Assembly (NCBI GenBank): GCA_050250695.1
Contig: JBFWOE010000001.1
Location: 12,387 to 76,386 of the forward strand
Length of the DNA: 64,000 nt
Direction of reading: 5' to 3'
Source: Burkholderiales bacterium
Lineage (GTDB): Bacteria; Pseudomonadota; Gammaproteobacteria; Burkholderiales; SG8-41
A model generated the notes under the pieces. That model worked only from the letters and a program-made list of their open reading frames with translations. It made no database searches and was not told the DNA's origin. Shown here one piece after another: positions 59,205 to 64,000 of the stretch. A program made the translations under genes and the position numbers. Numbering within the stretch: position 1 is the first letter of the stretch; every line of letters begins with the position of its first letter.

Positions 59205-59924
59205 ATGGTCATGGCCGCAACCAGACGCCAGATCATTGCAATCGGCGGCGCCGCCTTGCCGATTGAACACGACAACCTGCTGCTGATCGACTACTTCCTG
59301 AAGCAGACGCACAAACGCAAACCCCGGGTTTGTTTCATCGGCACCGCGCATGGCGACGCCGACTCCGGCCGTCTGCGCTTCTATGCCGGCATGAGCCGCT
59401 TCAACTGCCTGCCCGTGCACCTGCCCCTGTTTGCGCGCACTCCGCGCGACCTCGCCGGTTTCGTGATGGAACAGGACGCGATTTTTGTCGGCGGCGGCAA
59501 TACCCGCAGCATGCTCGCAGTGTGGCGCGACTGGGGACTGGACATCCACCTGCGCGCGGCATGGGAGAGCGGCATCGTGCTCGGCGGCTGGAGCGCCGGT
59601 TCGATCTGCTGGTTCGAACAGGGCATCACCGATTCCGTCGCCGGTCCGCTGACCGTGCTCGACTGCCTGGGTTTCCTGCCCGGCAGCAACTGCCCGCACT
59701 ACGACAGCGAACCGCTGCGCCGCCCGACCTACCGCAGGCTGGTCGCGCGGGGCAAGATCGCCGACGGATACGCCGCGGACGACGGCGTGGCGCTGCATTT
59801 CATCGGCAACCGCCTGGCCCGCGTGGTGGCCGACCATAAGCCGGCGCGCGGCTGGCAGCTCTCCCGCAACGGCCGCCGCGCCATCGAGCGCGCATTGCCG
59901 ACGCGGCTCCTCGGCCGGCGCTGA
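59205..59924 (+). CDS. Peptidase S51 family protein (dipeptidase E / cyanophycinase-like, class-I glutamine-amidotransferase-like fold)
   Basis: FVGGGNTRSML, nucleophile elbow GGWSAGS, and CPHYD His. The ATG is 3 nt after the second receiver stop. Confidence 0.8.
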   Translation: MVMAATRRQIIAIGGAALPIEHDNLLLIDYFLKQTHKRKPRVCFIGTAHGDADSGRLRFYAGMSRFNCLPVHLPLFARTPRDLAGFVMEQDAIFVGGGNTRSMLAVWRDWGLDIHLRAAWESGIVLGGWSAGSICWFEQGITDSVAGPLTVLDCLGFLPGSNCPHYDSEPLRRPTYRRLVARGKIADGYAADDGVALHFIGNRLARVVADHKPARGWQLSRNGRRAIERALPTRLLGRR

Positions 59925-59979
59925 AGCGCAGCCATCGCGGGTTAGAATGGCGGCTTTTCCGCCACTCGCAACCATCCCG

Positions 59980-61749
59980 ATGTCCAAACCCGCGAAGCCC
60001 GGCACCGCACCCGCCGCGGCATCCACCTCCAATTTCATCCGCACCCACATCGACGCCGACCTCGCCGCGAACAAGTACTCCGGCCGCGGCTGGGGCGGCA
60101 AACCGGGCGCTGCGGCAAGCCACCGTGGCAGCGCCACCGACCCGGCGAAAATCCGCACGCGCTTCCCGCCTGAGCCCAACGGCTACCTGCATCTCGGCCA
60201 CGCCAAGTCGATCTGCCTCAATTTCGGCCTCGCCCTGCATTACGGCGGCGCCTGCCACCTGCGCTTCGATGACACCAACCCGGAAAAGGAAGAACAGGAA
60301 TATGTCGACGCCATCCGCGATGCGGTGTCCTGGCTGGGTTTTAACTGGGGACCGCACCAGTATTTCGCCAGCGATTACTTCGGTTTCATGTACGAAGCCG
60401 CCGAATACCTGATCGGCGCCGGCCATGCCTATGTCGACGAACAGAGCGCCGACGAAATCCGCGCCAATCGCGGCACATTGACCGAACCGGGCAAACCCGG
60501 CCCCTGGCGCGAGCGCCCCGCCGCGGAATCGCTGGCACGCTTCCGCGAAATGAGGGCAGGCAAACACGCGGACGGCGCAATGGTCCTGCGCGCGAAAATC
60601 GACATGGCCTCGCCCAACATCAATCTGCGCGATCCGGCGATCTACCGCATCCGCAGGGCTACGCACCACCGCACCGGCGACGCCTGGTGCATCTATCCGA
60701 TGTACACCTACGCCCATCCGATTGAAGATGCACTGGAACGCATCACCCATTCGATCTGCACCCTGGAGTTCGAGGATCAGCGCCCGTTCTACGACTGGCT
60801 GTTGGCGCGCCTCGCCGAAGGCGGCCTGCTCGACAATCCTCTGCCGCAACAAATCGAGTTTGCAAGGCTCAACCTGACCAACGTCGTACTGTCGAAACGC
60901 CGGCTGATCCAGCTGGTCGAGGAAAAACACGTCTCCGGCTGGGATGACCCGCGAATGCCGACGCTGGCCGGCGCGCGGCGCCGCGGTTACACGCCGGAAG
61001 GCTTCCGGAAGTTCGCCGAACGCATCGGCGTGTCCAAGGCAGACTCGTGGATCGACTACTCGGTGCTCGAAGACTGCATGCGCGAGCACCTCAACGACAT
61101 CGCCGAGCGCCGCATCGCGGTGCTCGACCCGGTAAAGCTGGTCATCGACAACTACCCGGACGGCCAGCAGGAAGACTGCCACGCACCCAACCATCCGCAG
61201 AAACCGGAACTGGGCAAACGCGCGGTGCCGCTGAACCGCGAACTGTGGATCGAACGCGAGGATTTCAGCGAAACGCCGCCCAAGGGTTATTTCCGCCTGT
61301 TCCCCGGAAACAAGGTGCGCCTGCGCTACGGTTACGTGGTCGAATGCACTGGCTGCGACAAGGATGCCGCAGGTAACATCACTTCGGTGCACTGCAATTA
61401 CCTTCCCGAAACCAGATCCGGCACGCCCGGCGCCGATTCAGTGAAGGTCAAGGGCAACATCCACTGGCTCAGCGCGCGCCATGCCTGCGCCGCCGAAATC
61501 CGGCTCTACGACCGGCTGTTCAGGGCACCGCATCCCGGTTCGGGCGGCCGCGATTTCCTGCTCGACCTCAACGGCGACGCACAACGCACCATCACCGCGC
61601 AGCTGGAACCGGCACTGCGCGAGGTCACGCCAGGCACCCGCTACCAGTTCGAGCGCCACGGCTATTTCATCGCCGACAGCAGGGACAGCAGACCCGGCAC
61701 ACCGGTATTCAACCGCACGGTCACCCTGCGTGACTCGTGGACCAAATAA
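59980..61749 (+). CDS. glnS: Glutamine--tRNA ligase
   Basis: [29 protein letters not shown] is the HIGH motif. VLSKRRL is the KMSKS variant. ATG 59980. Confidence 0.95.
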   Translation: MSKPAKPGTAPAAASTSNFIRTHIDADLAANKYSGRGWGGKPGAAASHRGSATDPAKIRTRFPPEPNGYLHLGHAKSICLNFGLALHYGGACHLRFDDTNPEKEEQEYVDAIRDAVSWLGFNWGPHQYFASDYFGFMYEAAEYLIGAGHAYVDEQSADEIRANRGTLTEPGKPGPWRERPAAESLARFREMRAGKHADGAMVLRAKIDMASPNINLRDPAIYRIRRATHHRTGDAWCIYPMYTYAHPIEDALERITHSICTLEFEDQRPFYDWLLARLAEGGLLDNPLPQQIEFARLNLTNVVLSKRRLIQLVEEKHVSGWDDPRMPTLAGARRRGYTPEGFRKFAERIGVSKADSWIDYSVLEDCMREHLNDIAERRIAVLDPVKLVIDNYPDGQQEDCHAPNHPQKPELGKRAVPLNRELWIEREDFSETPPKGYFRLFPGNKVRLRYGYVVECTGCDKDAAGNITSVHCNYLPETRSGTPGADSVKVKGNIHWLSARHACAAEIRLYDRLFRAPHPGSGGRDFLLDLNGDAQRTITAQLEPALREVTPGTRYQFERHGYFIADSRDSRPGTPVFNRTVTLRDSWTK

Positions 61750-61774
61750 CCGCTTTCAACAAGGACATCCGACC

Positions 61775-62530
61775 ATGAGCACAACCAGGACTGCTGTGAT
61801 CACCGGCGCCGGCAGCGGCATCGGCAAAGCCACCGCGCTCGCCTTCCTCGAAGACGGCTGGAACGTGGTGCTGACCGGGCGGCGCCAGGCCAATCTTGAC
61901 GAAGCGCTGGCCGAGGCCGGCGCCAACAAGGCACGCGGCGTGGCGCTCAGCGCCGACGTCAGCGACCCGCAATCGGTCGCCGCGCTGTTCGAGCAGACCA
62001 TCAGGAAGTTCGGGCGCCTCGACGTGCTGTTCAACAACGCCGGCCAGAATGCGCCCGGTGTGCCCTTCGAGGATCTGCCGTACGACAAATGGAAAGCGGT
62101 GGTCGACACCAACCTCACCGGTTCCTTCCTCTGCGCCCAGGCGGCATTCCGCGTGATGAAGTCGCAGGATCCGCAGGGCGGGCGCATCATCAACAACGGT
62201 TCGATCTCGGCGCACGCGCCGCGTCCCGATTCCGCGCCCTATACCGCATCCAAACACGGCGTCAGCGGACTGACGCGCACCATGTCGCTCGACGGCCGCA
62301 AGTACGGCATTGCCTGCTGCCAGGTGGACGTGGGCAATGCGATGACCGAACTCGCCGCGCGCATGTCCAAGGGCGTCAAGCAGGCCGACGGCGCGATCAA
62401 GGTGGAGCCGATGATCGACGTCAGGGATGTCGCGCGCTCGGTGCTGTTCATGGCCAACCAGCCGCCCGGCGTCAACATCTATCACCTGATGGTGATGGCA
62501 ACCAACATGCCCTACGCCGGGCGGGGCTGA
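61775..62530 (+). CDS. Short-chain dehydrogenase/reductase (classical SDR)
   Basis: [15 protein letters not shown] and YTASKHGV (YxxxK). The ATG at 61775 lies inside a longer spurious ORF. Confidence 0.9.
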   Translation: MSTTRTAVITGAGSGIGKATALAFLEDGWNVVLTGRRQANLDEALAEAGANKARGVALSADVSDPQSVAALFEQTIRKFGRLDVLFNNAGQNAPGVPFEDLPYDKWKAVVDTNLTGSFLCAQAAFRVMKSQDPQGGRIINNGSISAHAPRPDSAPYTASKHGVSGLTRTMSLDGRKYGIACCQVDVGNAMTELAARMSKGVKQADGAIKVEPMIDVRDVARSVLFMANQPPGVNIYHLMVMATNMPYAGRG

Positions 62531-62545
62531 ACTGCCGGCGGTGCC

Positions 62546-63343
62546 TTACTCGACGGCGGCGAGCCGCCGCCGGGTCAGCCGTCCGGCGATTTCAACAAAC
62601 GCCCGGCCGACCTCGGAACCCGGCGCCGATTCCACCACCAGAGTGCGCGAACGCACCGCCTGCGGCACGATCGCGTCATAAGGAATCTCGCCCAGGTAAA
62701 CCAGCCTGACCGGCTCGCCGCCGGCATCGCCCGTCTTCAGGAACCGGTCAACGACCTGCTGCAGCTGCCGCTTCAGGGTTGCACCTTCCCCCCGCGTGCG
62801 CACCTGGTTCATCACCAGTTGCACCACGCTGCGGTCATGATGCACGGCGAGCACCTTGATCGTGGCATAGGCGTCGGCCAGTGACGTCGGCTCGGGCGTC
62901 GCCACTACCACGATTTCATCGGCCAGGGAGGCCGAGTAGAGCACCACATCGGCGATGCCGGCACCGGTGTCGATCAGCAGGTAATCGTAACGGCCGCCGA
63001 GTTCATCAAGCACGCGCCGCAAACGGTCGCGCAGTCCGTCGGTCAGCTTCGAATACTCGGCCAGTCCGGATCCCGCGGGCAACACCGAGAAACCGCCGGG
63101 CGCGCGCATGATCACGTCCTCCAGCCTGCCGGTACCCATCAGCACGTCGTGCAGCGTCGTTTTCGGCCTCAGGTTGAGCACGATATCAAGGTTGGCCAGC
63201 CCGAGGTCGGCATCCATCACCAGCACACGCTCGCCGGATCGCGCCAATGCGGCGGCCAGGTTGGCGGCCACGAATGTCTTGCCAACGCCACCCTTGCCGC
63301 TGGTGATGGCCACGACATGCGTGGTATGCGCAGCCGGATTCAT
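62546..63343 (-). CDS. MinD/ParA-family P-loop ATPase (FlhG/FleN-like)
   Basis: Deviant Walker A SGKGGVGKT, plus DADLGLANLD and LLIDTGAG. The ATG overlaps the stop of the upstream GGDEF gene (ATGA). Confidence 0.85.
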   Translation of the reverse strand: MNPAAHTTHVVAITSGKGGVGKTFVAANLAAALARSGERVLVMDADLGLANLDIVLNLRPKTTLHDVLMGTGRLEDVIMRAPGGFSVLPAGSGLAEYSKLTDGLRDRLRRVLDELGGRYDYLLIDTGAGIADVVLYSASLADEIVVVATPEPTSLADAYATIKVLAVHHDRSVVQLVMNQVRTRGEGATLKRQLQQVVDRFLKTGDAGGEPVRLVYLGEIPYDAIVPQAVRSRTLVVESAPGSEVGRAFVEIAGRLTRRRLAAVE

Positions 63344-64000
63344 GATGCGATACTCCCTTCGGTATTGAGCAGCGCGGCCCTTTCATCCAAGGAAACCATG
63401 GAATCCGCGGCGCGGGAAAAACACACGCGGTTGCGTCCAGCCTGCTTGGCGGCATAAAGGGCGCGGTCGGCCTCGGTAATCAGCGTGGTTGGCGAAACCG
63501 AGGTCCAGGGCGCAACCGCCGCGCCGCCGCAGCTGACGGTCACCCCGAGCTGGGTCCCGTCCTCGAGAAAAATCGGCGTGTTTCCGATTTCGCGGTGCAG
63601 CCGCTCCGCGGTACCCTGCGCATGTGCCGCCAGGCTGCTGGGCAATATGACCGCCCACTCCTCTCCGCCACACCGCGCAACGGTGTCCATCGGACGTACG
63701 CCGGCCTCCAGCGTCCAGGCCACCGACTTCAGCACGATGTCACCTACCGGGTGGCCGTAACGGTCGTTGACCTGCTTGAAGTGATCAATATCGAACAGCA
63801 GCAATGCCAGCGGCTCGCCGGTGCGCGTGACCCGATCCAGTTCGCGCTCCAGCACCAGCTGGAAATGGCGCTGGTTGGCGATACCGGTGAGCCCGTCGCG
63901 CGACGACAGCTCGCACAGGCCGTCGATCACCGCCTGCAGGCCCATCGTGTCATGCACTCCTTTGGCGAATGCATCACCGCGGCCGGCATGGCGCAGCAGG
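63340..64000 (-). CDS. GGDEF-domain diguanylate cyclase, C-terminal part (the frame stays open to the window edge)
   Basis: DGLTGIANQRHF..LLLFDIDHFKQVNDRYGHPVGD..RPMDTVARCGGEEWAVIL..ADRALYAAKQAGRNR. The frame is stop-free up to base 63999, so the N-terminus lies outside the window. Confidence 0.85.
   Translation of the reverse strand, partial: LLRHAGRGDAFAKGVHDTMGLQAVIDGLCELSSRDGLTGIANQRHFQLVLERELDRVTRTGEPLALLLFDIDHFKQVNDRYGHPVGDIVLKSVAWTLEAGVRPMDTVARCGGEEWAVILPSSLAAHAQGTAERLHREIGNTPIFLEDGTQLGVTVSCGGAAVAPWTSVSPTTLITEADRALYAAKQAGRNRVCFSRAADSMVSLDERAALLNTEGSIAS

Noticed and set aside
58620-61392. 519-aa and 530-aa minus-strand ORFs (58620-60179 and 59800-61392)
   Set aside because: They are antisense to the receivers, the S51 peptidase and glnS. 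They are Arg/Ala/Gly-rich with no motifs, whereas the plus-strand genes carry diagnostic signatures.

Overview
Visibly high-GC chromosomal segment with betaproteobacterial gene order. GC content was judged by eye, not computed. About 85% of the window is conserved housekeeping. This includes the rpsP-rimM-trmD-rplS operon, ffh/ypjD, pilC-pilD-coaE-zapD-yacG and the mutT-like/DUF815/argJ/secA block. It also includes a complete dcw cluster on the minus strand (mraZ-rsmH-ftsL-ftsI-murE-murF-mraY-murD-ftsW-murG-murC-murB-ddl-ftsQ-ftsA-ftsZ-lpxC). An RNase P RNA gene lies upstream of mraZ and is invisible to the ORF track. Further along are chaC, pyrC, the yraL-P block (rsmI/lpoA/yraN/diaA/dolP), rfaE2, coaX, birA and glnS. 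Three regions look accessory. (1) Positions 1-7344 hold a HutC/GntR-controlled catabolic island. It encodes a split UxaA/SuyAB-like dehydratase, a ThDP-dependent enzyme followed immediately by an FrdB-type Fe-S protein and two small membrane anchors with no flavoprotein subunit, a leaderless Cys-type sulfatase, and a Bug/TctC binding protein. I consider the ThDP enzyme sitting in the FrdA slot of an frdABCD-like operon the best candidate for an undescribed system. (2) Positions 55986-59924 hold a tightly coupled operon of a cytoplasmic PAS-GAF-PAS-PAS histidine kinase, two stand-alone receivers and an S51 peptidase. (3) Positions 62546-64000 hold a GGEEW-variant diguanylate cyclase translationally coupled to a MinD/FlhG-like ATPase. 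Non-coding signals read directly from the sequence include MraZ-box triple repeats overlapping a near-consensus promoter and a terminator-like hairpin 13 nt upstream of the secA start. A 35-nt AT-rich patch sits inside murD, and there is a HutC-type palindromic operator. No CRISPR array, tRNA, rRNA, transposase or integrase was seen. Many long ORFs in the track are antisense artefacts of high GC content. Several true genes start well inside their maximal ORFs, and I adjusted those starts.
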